IMG/VR virus record: IMGVR_UViG_3300027996_003878
Length of the DNA stretch: 64,000 nucleotides
Origin: a virus
Taxonomy: Duplodnaviria; Caudoviricetes
Strand: one strand, 5' to 3'
Position numbers and translations under genes: made by a program
The notes under the pieces: model-generated
The model's database searches: none
The model's input: the letters and a program-made list of their open reading frames with translations, nothing else
What the model was told of the DNA's origin: nothing
In this document: in pieces, positions 27,510 through 35,781 of the stretch
Layout: each line of letters opens with the position of its first letter
Numbering within the stretch: the stretch's first letter is position 1

Positions 27510-27920
27510 TTAATTGGTAAGATAATTTACCACAAGACTATGAATCGAGCTATCTACATTTGACTTCCAGCTATCATCATTATTTTTTATTGACTCTCTA
27601 ATTGCCGTGGCGGAGATAAAACCAATATCCGCCGGAGGCTTATGCTCAATCGTGCCGTAGCCTACGCCTCTCCCCCAATTGACGCTTTCTATGTCGGGGA
27701 TGACCATTACCTCCACATCTTGATCTTTATAAACTTCTTTGATCATTTTCACAGTTTGATCTGTGGTGAATGGGTTTTTCTCATCAGGAGGAATGTCTCG
27801 AACACAGATCAAAACAGGGGTTCCCTCATCAAGCTTTTGACTAATAAGCCACTTGTGGCCGTTATGCATCGGCTGCCATCTACCTATAAACATAGCTCTT
27901 TTCATATTAACCCTCATCAC
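27510..27920 (-). CDS. HIGH-class nucleotidyltransferase (cytidylyltransferase-like)
   Basis: FIGRWQPMHNGH (HxGH) and ISATAIR. Confidence 0.88.
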   Translation of the reverse strand: MMRVNMKRAMFIGRWQPMHNGHKWLISQKLDEGTPVLICVRDIPPDEKNPFTTDQTVKMIKEVYKDQDVEVMVIPDIESVNWGRGVGYGTIEHKPPADIGFISATAIRESIKNNDDSWKSNVDSSIHSLVVNYLTN

Positions 27921-28266
27921 CTAATAATTGACTTTCAACTTGAGACCAGCTTTCAAATCTCAAAGCATGATCATCAATATAATAACTAGCAGCTATCTTC
28001 GTATTTGTAACATCATCAAAATAAGAAGAAAGATTATATTTTTCCAACCAGGGAACAATATACTTAACTGGCCTGCTTGACATAACGACCAAGCGGTAAC
28101 CTTTACTCTTTAATTTTTTTAAAGAAGCCTCTACCCCCTCCATTGGAGGATCATAAGCATTATCTAAACCTTGAAAGCCCCTGGAATATCGATGAATTAC
28201 TCCATCAAAATCAATTGCAAGGGTTTTTCTTTTTTGCTCTAGTGGTATCTCTTTAATCTCAGACAT
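27907..28266 (-). CDS. HAD-superfamily phosphatase
   Basis: AIDFDGVI, MSSR, K...YIDD. Confidence 0.88.
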   Translation of the reverse strand: MSEIKEIPLEQKRKTLAIDFDGVIHRYSRGFQGLDNAYDPPMEGVEASLKKLKSKGYRLVVMSSRPVKYIVPWLEKYNLSSYFDDVTNTKIAASYYIDDHALRFESWSQVESQLLGDEG

Positions 28267-28317
28267 AACAAATAACCAATGTCTAAAAACACATAAGAAA
28301 ATTAATGTATCGACAAA

Positions 28318-28668
28318 TTAAAAATTTATAACCTCAATACCATCTTCGGTTGTATAATAAATTTTATTAACTTTTTTTGTTTTTATTGCACTCATGCAGC
28401 GCGCACAAGGCCTGGCAAGGCCGTAAGATCCATCCCTCTTAACCCTAGCGACGTAAAGAGTACATCCAAAACCACACTTTCTTAGCACCCTTGTCTCTGC
28501 ATGAATATACGGAGTAACGACTCGATTTGAAGTATTTCGTGATGTTACAATAACACCATCTGCCCGAACAGCAGCCGCCCCCAAATAAAAATGACGACGA
28601 CGATCATTATTAAATTTAGCAGCGCTCGCCGCCAAATCAATCATTCTTTTAATTTTCAAAGACATCAA
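28318..28668 (-). CDS. Zn-dependent deaminase (cytidine/dCMP deaminase fold)
   Basis: HAE and ARPCARC. Confidence 0.88.
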   Translation of the reverse strand: MMSLKIKRMIDLAASAAKFNNDRRRHFYLGAAAVRADGVIVTSRNTSNRVVTPYIHAETRVLRKCGFGCTLYVARVKRDGSYGLARPCARCMSAIKTKKVNKIYYTTEDGIEVINF

Positions 28669-28952
28669 TTACGGCTAATCGAACTATCAATACTTCCGTC
28701 ATCCTGTGCAACTTTTAAGAGCACCAAATATCCTATTAAATCCATAACCGTATCTTCATCTAAGTCATTTCCATGACCGTTAGAAATTCTGGACAATTTA
28801 TCATCAATGCGGATTTTTATTTGCTCAACAGAATCCGCTCTTGAAAAAACTCTGATTGGAGAAATTGCCGAATCTCCATATTTACGATTTTTTGAAATTA
28901 ATAAATCTTTAACTTGATCTACTACAGATAATATTTTATCTTCTGTACTCAT
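28665..28952 (-). CDS. DUF1599 / nucleotide-modification-associated-domain-like protein
   Basis: KNRKYGDS...RIDDKLSRI...DTVMDLIGYLVL. Confidence 0.7.
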   Translation of the reverse strand: MSTEDKILSVVDQVKDLLISKNRKYGDSAISPIRVFSRADSVEQIKIRIDDKLSRISNGHGNDLDEDTVMDLIGYLVLLKVAQDDGSIDSSISRN

Positions 28953-28958
28953 TAATAA

Positions 28959-29834
28959 CTAATCTTCAAACTTTGAAGCCTCTCGTTTTCTATCTAAATA
29001 TACAGAAGCTCCGTTGTACAAAAAATCTGAAATCTTACGAAGATCTAACTTAGATGTATAAACAATATGACCTAGTTCTTTATTGTTTTTCGATCTTTTT
29101 ACTTTAATATCTCTTTCCCCAACACCACAATGGTTTTTCAGGACCGCCATGAAAGATTGTAAAAACTCAACAGGGCCGCTTGTTTTAAAGTATACAACCC
29201 TACCGGTATCTTTATCTTTATAAAAGTTACCCTTGGCATCCACCCACCCTCTAAGAAAATGTCGAACCAAAGAATGATTCTTAACCCAATCAGGCATGTT
29301 ATAGTTATAAGTTTTAGAAGAGGTTACATTGAATTCTTCTTCTAAATCTGTAACCATCTCCTTTGAAGATACCAAAAACCTTACCGTCAAATAAGGGTTT
29401 GTATTTTTGTTAATGGTCAATTTTTTTACAGGGGCCTCGGATTTGATCGCATTCTTTAACTTATTTAAAAACGCCTCTTCTCTAAAAGACATATTAACAA
29501 AAATTCTATAGCTAGACTTTCCGCTTGTATTTCGAGAGATATTTCCATTTCCCGCTAAAAAGCCAGCCCAATAAAACTGCTCCTCCCCTTCTCTTGAAAA
29601 GAAGCGATGATCGCAATCATATTTTCTAAAAGAAAAACCATATTTAATATTATTTTTCTTAAATAGGCCAACCATTTTTGACCGACTCATATTATACTTT
29701 TTCGCTACTTTAGAAATATTCTTGTATTTTAAGTAATCATCCTGCAATGCTTTTCTAACATCACCGCTAAGGACCCCCTCAAAATCAACAAGACTATTTA
29801 AACTTAAATCATCAAATAAAATATTTTCACTCAT
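28959..29834 (-). CDS. Free-standing double LAGLIDADG homing-endonuclease homologue with N-terminal HTH, both catalytic Asp replaced
   Basis: WAGFLAGNG and LRGWVDAKG; ISKVAKKYNMSRS HTH. Confidence 0.8.
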   Translation of the reverse strand: MSENILFDDLSLNSLVDFEGVLSGDVRKALQDDYLKYKNISKVAKKYNMSRSKMVGLFKKNNIKYGFSFRKYDCDHRFFSREGEEQFYWAGFLAGNGNISRNTSGKSSYRIFVNMSFREEAFLNKLKNAIKSEAPVKKLTINKNTNPYLTVRFLVSSKEMVTDLEEEFNVTSSKTYNYNMPDWVKNHSLVRHFLRGWVDAKGNFYKDKDTGRVVYFKTSGPVEFLQSFMAVLKNHCGVGERDIKVKRSKNNKELGHIVYTSKLDLRKISDFLYNGASVYLDRKREASKFED

Positions 29835-29904
29835 AGGGATAATCTAACCACCCTGGTCGTAATTGCAATAGTAAAAAATCTATTAAATTAAAAAGTAAAT
29901 ACAG

Positions 29905-30252
29905 TTAGTTTGACTTTTTTGAGCGCTCCTTCATTCGAGCTGATTTGTAATTCAAATCAAAGTTATTATTGGTTTTTAATTTTAATTTAGAATGAAGCTC
30001 TTTGAGAGCTGCCTGTGGCGCACCCATAATACTTATAGTTACAAAATCTTCAAAGCCGTCTGGGTTCTTTAGTACCGCCTTTGCAATAACGCTTTCCCCT
30101 ACGCCATCTTCGCCTTCGGAATAACAGTAAACGAAAGAAATTAAAACATGATCAGTTTTAAACGGCTTTGTGGTGTCGTAATAAATACTAGCAAGGTTAA
30201 TAATATCTTTAATGGTTTCTTTAAACCCCCTACTATCAAATTTCAATTCCAT
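29905..30252 (-). CDS. Hypothetical protein
   Basis: 115 aa ORF. Confidence 0.65.
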   Translation of the reverse strand: MELKFDSRGFKETIKDIINLASIYYDTTKPFKTDHVLISFVYCYSEGEDGVGESVIAKAVLKNPDGFEDFVTISIMGAPQAALKELHSKLKLKTNNNFDLNYKSARMKERSKKSN

Positions 30253-30304
30253 ACTTGTGAATATAACACTATTGATTCAATCAATAAAACAACATTGTTT
30301 TGAA

Positions 30305-30715
30305 ATGAAAAAGGACAGAAATTACTTTAATAATCGAAGAAAAAAGAGAAGAAAAGAATTTCTAGATACTCTTGGTGGCAAATGTGACAGCTGCGGAGCC
30401 ATTGATGGGTTGCAATTTGATCACATAGATCCAAAAACTAAAAAATTCAATATATCAAAAAAAATAGATGCCCCAAGAGAAATTATTATTGAAGAATTGA
30501 AAAAATGCAAAATACTGTGCGAGTCTTGTCATAGAAAAAAGACAAGAGATAATTGGGAATATGGAAGACCAAAAGCAGAACACGGCTCTTTATGGATGTA
30601 TAAAAAGTACAAATGTCGTTGCGATAAATGCAAAAAAACAATGAGCGATTACAATAAAAACAAAAGAATTCAGCTAATTAAAGAAATATCTGACCTTCTT
30701 AAAATTATGCTTTAA
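30305..30715 (+). CDS. HNH endonuclease
   Basis: GKCDSCG...LQFDHIDP...KCKILCESCH; C-terminal HG...Y...CRCDKC. Confidence 0.88.
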   Translation: MKKDRNYFNNRRKKRRKEFLDTLGGKCDSCGAIDGLQFDHIDPKTKKFNISKKIDAPREIIIEELKKCKILCESCHRKKTRDNWEYGRPKAEHGSLWMYKKYKCRCDKCKKTMSDYNKNKRIQLIKEISDLLKIML

Positions 30716-30803
30716 TTATATTTTTTAAATATTTTTATAATTATTAATAATAATTTATTATAATTGTGTAAGATAATAAATTATTATTTATTTAGGAGTA
30801 AAA

Positions 30804-31559
30804 TTGAAAAATATATATTTGTTTCTTTTTTTATTATTATTTTCATTTGGATGTTGCATTAATAAAACTAAGTCTCCTGAGGTAAAGCCGCCGAAATTAA
30901 GTCAGCAAAGCAGTGAAGTATCTGAAGCTCTAGCTTTAAAGTATCAAAACTCATCTGTGGCGTTAATTGTAAATTTGCCAAACACCTACAAAACCTATTG
31001 TAGCGGTGTGTGGGTTTCTAAGTACACAATGGTCACAGCCAAACATTGCGTTGAGCTTGAAGGATTGCTTGAAGGAGAGGATGTAATAGGAATGCCTTTA
31101 AGCTTAATAAGCTACAACGAATTCAGAGCCACTTTTCCACCAAAAAAGCGCGCAAAAGCCTTCAGCGCTATTGTTAGTGGCATATCTGAAGGCTCCGACA
31201 TCGCTCTTCTTACTACAAAAGAAGAAGTTGCTCATGAGACAGTAAGGGTGCCTGAAAGGCCAATCGCCGTTGGAGGGCCAGCTTATATAGTCGGAAGCAC
31301 CGCTGGCTTTCCATTTACGTTTATGAAGGGCGTTGTTTCTCAGATAAGAAAAATGAATATTTTTAAAAATAAGCCACCAATGAAAACGGTTCACATAACC
31401 GCTCATGTATGGTTTGGGAATTCAGGAGGCCCTGCTATTGACTCAAACGGAAACCTGCTGGGAATATGCTCTTTTATGATGAGGGCTCCAGGAGCCACAT
31501 TCTTCGTACACAGAGACGAGGTAATAAAGTTATTAGATAAATACGAAATAGAATTCTAA
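30804..31559 (+). CDS. Trypsin-like serine protease, probable lipoprotein
   Basis: TAKHC, SDIALL, GNSGGP catalytic triad; N-terminal FLLLFSFGC; AGGAG SD. Confidence 0.92.
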   Translation: MKNIYLFLFLLLFSFGCCINKTKSPEVKPPKLSQQSSEVSEALALKYQNSSVALIVNLPNTYKTYCSGVWVSKYTMVTAKHCVELEGLLEGEDVIGMPLSLISYNEFRATFPPKKRAKAFSAIVSGISEGSDIALLTTKEEVAHETVRVPERPIAVGGPAYIVGSTAGFPFTFMKGVVSQIRKMNIFKNKPPMKTVHITAHVWFGNSGGPAIDSNGNLLGICSFMMRAPGATFFVHRDEVIKLLDKYEIEF

Positions 31560-32788
31560 TCTTCATCGCTATAAGAATAAAACTCTAAAATCTTATCAGA
31601 AATTGATTTTAGAGTTTTTTGTTCAATTTTCCTAACGCCCTCCCGACTTAGATCTAACATCTCAGCGACTTTAACAAGGCTCGCGCATTCATTCTCAGAG
31701 TTAAATCCAAATCTTTGTTGGATAATAAACTTCTGCCTGTCATTTAATTGATTTAAAATAAAATTAACATCATCAATTAAACGCTTTTTCAGCAATGAGC
31801 CGTCTGGACTCTGAAATACATTGCTCTGAAGGGAGTCAGAGCTGCTTTTAAACAATGCAACATTTGTTGAAAATCCTTTTCCGAAGTCTTCTGCTTTATT
31901 TGGATGCTCCTCAAAGGAAGAATAGTTGAAATTATTTAAAACAACGTTTATAATGTCTTTTGTATTTCCTGTAATTTCTTTATATTCTTCTTCATTTAAA
32001 GTTCTGTTCTTTAATAGTAAAGATTTCTTATTAAGTTTTTTATATTTACGTCTTTTATTTTGAACATTAATTGGAAACCTTATTGTAGAATTCATATTAT
32101 CTATAAATCTATTTATAAAAAACTTAATCCAGTAAACGGAATATGTTCCAAAGGAATACCCTAATCTATAGTTATATTTATCAACCGCTCTCATTAAGCC
32201 GAAGATTCCCTCTTGAATCAAATCATCTACAGAAACATTAAGGCTATTTCTGTAGATTTTATAAGCAGACATTCTTACAAGTCCAATATGACTCTTTACA
32301 AATTTTTGTTTTTTATTAATTATATCTTTTAAGATATAATTAATTTCTTTCTTCCACTCTGAAAAGAATATAGTATTTTTTATCTTATTTATAGTCTGAG
32401 TGTAAATTTTATTATCGCTGTAGCTTATATTTGAAGAAAATATATTTTTATCAATAAGCCTAATCCATTCTGAAAAACCATCAGATCGGTTTATTTTTGA
32501 AACAAAGCTTGAGACTAACATACTAAAAGTACAAATACTGTAGTCGCAATTATTATAGATAATATCTTTTAATTGATTATAATCTTTAGATTTAAATAAC
32601 TCATCTGCATCAATAAATAATTCTTTTCTTTTGCTGTTGTTAATATCAGCTACTAGCTTTTCATTCAAATCTTTGAAAAAGCAAACCTGCAAAGGCTTGA
32701 ATGAAAATAGCCTCAAGCATAAATCTTGATAAGATTCTTCAAGGTTTACGAAAAAGGTATTAGTATCACTAGCGCTCGCAACAACCAT
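31556..32788 (-). CDS. RNA polymerase sigma70 factor, RpoD-like regions 2-4
   Basis: DLIQEGIFGLMRAVDKY...FGTYSVYWI, TIRFP, SLVKVAEMLDLSREGVRKIE. Confidence 0.93.
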   Translation of the reverse strand: MVVASASDTNTFFVNLEESYQDLCLRLFSFKPLQVCFFKDLNEKLVADINNSKRKELFIDADELFKSKDYNQLKDIIYNNCDYSICTFSMLVSSFVSKINRSDGFSEWIRLIDKNIFSSNISYSDNKIYTQTINKIKNTIFFSEWKKEINYILKDIINKKQKFVKSHIGLVRMSAYKIYRNSLNVSVDDLIQEGIFGLMRAVDKYNYRLGYSFGTYSVYWIKFFINRFIDNMNSTIRFPINVQNKRRKYKKLNKKSLLLKNRTLNEEEYKEITGNTKDIINVVLNNFNYSSFEEHPNKAEDFGKGFSTNVALFKSSSDSLQSNVFQSPDGSLLKKRLIDDVNFILNQLNDRQKFIIQQRFGFNSENECASLVKVAEMLDLSREGVRKIEQKTLKSISDKILEFYSYSDED

Positions 32789-32833
32789 AATAATTACCTG
32801 AGATCTAAAAACACCAATTTAAAATAAATTGAA

Positions 32834-33067
32834 TCAATCTCCGCTCGGAAGCTCCAAGCATAGCCTGTTAATCCTTACATTGCAATACAAGGTTGTGATT
32901 CCCAGAGCAATCGCAATAGAGGCCGACACAGCCGCCACAACCTTCAATGAGTAACAAAGAGAAAGAAGTGAAATCGCTAACATTACAACTGAAGTTGGAT
33001 GAGTTAAGCTTTTAATCGTTATTAGATTATCAATTATTAATAATATTTTTTTAGTTTTTTTATTCAC
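32834..33067 (-). CDS. Small membrane protein
   Basis: Two hydrophobic segments. Confidence 0.55.
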   Translation of the reverse strand: MNKKTKKILLIIDNLITIKSLTHPTSVVMLAISLLSLCYSLKVVAAVSASIAIALGITTLYCNVRINRLCLELPSGD

Positions 33068-33122
33068 ATAATATTCTTGCTAATAAATACAACAAGAATC
33101 GATAAAAACTAAAATTACTCAG

Positions 33123-33196
33123 TAGGGCGGGTCAGACTTGAACTGACAACCAACGGTTTATGAGACCGTTGCTCTAACCAATTGAGCTACCGCCCC
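33123..33196 (-). tRNA. Elongator tRNA with CAU anticodon (Ile2 if lysidinylated, otherwise Met); CCA not encoded
   Basis: Cloverleaf GGGGCGG/CCGCCCT-A, D arm GCTC/GAGC, anticodon arm ACGGT-CTCATAA-ACCGT, T arm GTCAG-TTCAAGT-CTGAC. Confidence 0.95.
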
Positions 33197-33207
33197 GTAG
33201 AAAAGGT

Positions 33208-33236
33208 AAAGTACTCACCGACTAAAGGAAAGTCAA
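33208..33236 (-). promoter_or_regulatory. Sigma70-type promoter for the tRNA
   Basis: TTGACT-N17-TACTTT just upstream of the tRNA 5' end. Confidence 0.6.
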
Positions 33237-33307
33237 GCAGTTAAGACGACTAAAGTTGTCAAAAAAAACAGGCATACTTCTTGCAAGAAAGAGATACATC
33301 TTCGTGG

Positions 33308-33919
33308 TCAAAGATCAGAGTATTTTACGTCAAGAAGCTTTTTTCTTATGACTTTTCTTATTCCTGGATTAATTTTTATAGCATAAGGCATTATTTTATT
33401 TCTAACTATATTTCTCATATATTTATTTGATTTGTTAGAAGGATCTTCTATATATTCGATACTATTTTTTAAAGACCAGTTTATAATTTGTTGTTTGCTA
33501 GTTAATAAAAACGGCCTTATTACATTTTTATTTTTATAAGGTGTTAGCTTTGGCTTTCCACATAGAGACGACAAGATCCACCACTCAACTACATCATCTA
33601 AATGATGTGCTGTTACAATTGGTAATTTGCAACTATGAAATATTTCATACCTTAAATTTCTCCAGTATTCTTCAGGAGATTCATTTGTATGAATAGCTCT
33701 TTTTGGTTTAAATAAAAGCAACTCAATATTATATTTTTTTGAAATTTCTTTTAGAAAAAAAGAGGCTTTTTCTCCATAATCTGTCCCATGATTAATATTT
33801 ATTAATTTGAAGTTATGACCTCCCTTTAATAAAAAATCCATAGCTACCATAGAATCTATACCTCCTGAGCAAGCTAAATAAAATAACTTTCTTGGTGGTT
33901 TTTTAAATAGGTGAATCAT
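33308..33919 (-). CDS. tilS: tRNA(Ile)-lysidine synthetase, catalytic domain only (203 aa)
   Basis: SGGIDS PP-loop, INHG, RNLRY, TAHHLDDVVE, IRPFL, EDPSN...YMRN.VRNKIMP. Confidence 0.93.
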   Translation of the reverse strand: MIHLFKKPPRKLFYLACSGGIDSMVAMDFLLKGGHNFKLININHGTDYGEKASFFLKEISKKYNIELLLFKPKRAIHTNESPEEYWRNLRYEIFHSCKLPIVTAHHLDDVVEWWILSSLCGKPKLTPYKNKNVIRPFLLTSKQQIINWSLKNSIEYIEDPSNKSNKYMRNIVRNKIMPYAIKINPGIRKVIRKKLLDVKYSDL

Positions 33920-34033
33920 ATTTGCTTAGTATTTAAGTGCTTTTATGAGATCTTATAAATAATAACATTATACTATAAACTAAGACTTATCCTAATAAAT
34001 ACAATCACTTAAGTATCTGTCAGAAAAAACTGC

Positions 34034-34140
34034 TATATAATACTTCGTATTATATGTATTTATATATATTTATATATTTTATAATATTATTTATAATTAT
34101 ATTACATATATTACAATTGACGCGCGCAGCACCTGCGCGT
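34034..34140. other. AT-rich tract flanked by two hairpins (candidate replication origin or regulatory hub)
   Basis: 9-bp hairpin 34035-34055, pure A/T run 34057-34104, 7-bp GC hairpin 34123-34139. Confidence 0.35.
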
Positions 34141-34209
34141 AGCAATATGCATGCCACAATCAGCTAAATCATATGTTTTTTTTTATTTGAATTTTTGTCG
34201 ATAAATTGG

Positions 34210-35070
34210 CTACGGGCTAATATTTTTTCGTATGCAGTATCTGTGGAGTTTATCTTTCACTTTCTTTTCAATTTGCCTGATTCTTTCTTTTGTTAAGTTG
34301 AGTTTTAATCCAATTTGTTCAAGTGTTTCTGGCTCGTCGCTTGTCATCCTCTTTTCTAAAATTAATAATTCAGCATCATTTAGAGATAGTTTAAATTTAT
34401 TTATGTTTTCTTTTAAAATTAAAATATTTTCTAAATTTTCAAATATTTTTTCTGGTGTGCCTGACTCTCTGGCGCTAAGTTTTTCTAAAGAGTTTATTAA
34501 ACCATTGCTGTCGTCTTCATTATTGTTGGACGAAGTGTCTAAGCTAAGCTCCGGCGACGATAGTCTTTGTTCCATTTCAGAAAGCTCTTGCACTTTGACG
34601 TCAAGTCGTGCTGCAAGTTGCTCCTGCGTTAGAGATATGCCTTGGCCCTCTAGCTTTGCTTTTTCTTTTTTTAATACATAAAATAGCTTTCTTTGCGCTT
34701 TGGTAGTTCCGATGCGAACTAAATATGTAGACTCAAGTGTATATTTTAAAATATAGGCTTTAATCCATCCCGCCGCATAGCTTCCTAAGGGGACTCCAAG
34801 ATACGGGTTAAATTTTTCAATGGCTCTCATTAATCCAAGAGTGCCTTCTTGAATTATATCTAGGAAATTTTCTGAATTAAATTTATACTTACTTGCTATT
34901 TTGATGACTAGTCTTAAGTTGTGGTAGACTAATCTTTCTTTAGTTTTTTCATCTTTAGTTTCGTAATAAAAAGAAGTTAATTGTAACTCTTCTCCTTTTG
35001 ACAATACTTTATATTCGCTAACTCTTTTAGTATAAAAATTTGATAGAATTGCTTTTTTTGAACTATGCAT
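34210..35070 (-). CDS. RpoH (sigma32)-like sigma factor
   Basis: HNLRLVIKIA, DIIQEGTLGLMRAIEKFNP, RpoH box LVRIGTTKAQRKLF, TLEQIG...TKERIRQIE. Confidence 0.93.
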   Translation of the reverse strand: MHSSKKAILSNFYTKRVSEYKVLSKGEELQLTSFYYETKDEKTKERLVYHNLRLVIKIASKYKFNSENFLDIIQEGTLGLMRAIEKFNPYLGVPLGSYAAGWIKAYILKYTLESTYLVRIGTTKAQRKLFYVLKKEKAKLEGQGISLTQEQLAARLDVKVQELSEMEQRLSSPELSLDTSSNNNEDDSNGLINSLEKLSARESGTPEKIFENLENILILKENINKFKLSLNDAELLILEKRMTSDEPETLEQIGLKLNLTKERIRQIEKKVKDKLHRYCIRKNISP

Positions 35071-35119
35071 TTTTCCCCGTGTTTGTTTTGCATATAAACA
35101 AGTTAAATTTTAAATAAAG

Positions 35120-35728
35120 TTATTTATTATATTTTAGTTCATTTAAAGCTTTTTTTGTTTTTATCATATCTTTAAGCGATACCATTCTTTTGCCCTTCAG
35201 GTTGGTATCCGAATATCCTAATTTTTTAGCCTCCCTTATTAGCTCAGATCTTGAAAGCAAATCAAGCTCTAAAGCTTTTTCTTGAGAAGAGGTTTTTTTT
35301 ACTTTAATAGAGCTATTGTCAGTTACGGAGGTTTCTTTTTTACTGTTACTATGATTTTTTTTATTATTTGTAATTTGAATTGATTTTTCAATTTCAATGT
35401 CTTTTAAAGCATTTGGTATTGCTGCGGCCTTCTTAGCTGCTTTAGTCGCCCGTGCCTCCGTAGCAGGGCCTGTAGGGCCAGCAGCTCTCTTAGGCGGCGG
35501 TGAGGGAGCGACAGCCGAGCTAGAGGCTGCGTTGTGCCTATTAAGGAGCTGCCTTAACCGTGACTCTGATATTTCATAACCAAAAGTTAAATCAATCAAC
35601 ATTTGATGCAAAGATCTAAATAGCGATATATTATTTTCAATATTCATTGAAACTTTGCTTATCTCATAATTTATAAGACCTACTAATTCTTTGTTATTTT
35701 TCATCAATGTATAAGTAAAAAAAATCAA
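35120..35728 (-). CDS. Hypothetical protein with Ala/Lys/Pro linker and C-terminal Rho-N/HeH-like helical module
   Basis: LDLLSRSELIREAKKLG...LKDMI. Confidence 0.6.
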   Translation of the reverse strand: MIFFTYTLMKNNKELVGLINYEISKVSMNIENNISLFRSLHQMLIDLTFGYEISESRLRQLLNRHNAASSSAVAPSPPPKRAAGPTGPATEARATKAAKKAAAIPNALKDIEIEKSIQITNNKKNHSNSKKETSVTDNSSIKVKKTSSQEKALELDLLSRSELIREAKKLGYSDTNLKGKRMVSLKDMIKTKKALNELKYNK

Positions 35729-35762
35729 GTAATATAATTTATAAATTACTTGATTTTTTTTT
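35717..35762. terminator. Long A/T-rich inverted repeat (terminator or operator)
   Basis: AAAAAAATCAAGTAAT / ATTACTTGATTTTTTT. Confidence 0.5.
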
Positions 35763-35781
35763 CGTCAAATTTTGTTAAAGT

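Noticed and set aside
12187-29834. A-to-I mRNA editing by the deaminase at 28318 as a general rescue of the D-to-N active sites
   Set aside because: It could fix AAT to GAT, but not the accompanying H-to-R, NH-to-AT, D-to-Q or D-to-K changes, so it cannot restore these enzymes.
28959-29834. Intein or group I intron carrying the LAGLIDADG ORF
   Set aside because: There are no splicing-block residues (N-terminal Cys/Ser, C-terminal HN) and no interrupted host gene on either side.
33123-33196. Initiator tRNA-fMet
   Set aside because: It lacks the three consecutive G-C pairs in the anticodon stem and the C1:A72 mismatch.
34036-34052. loxP-like site
   Set aside because: Only ACTTCGTAT matches one loxP arm; there is no 13-8-13 architecture.
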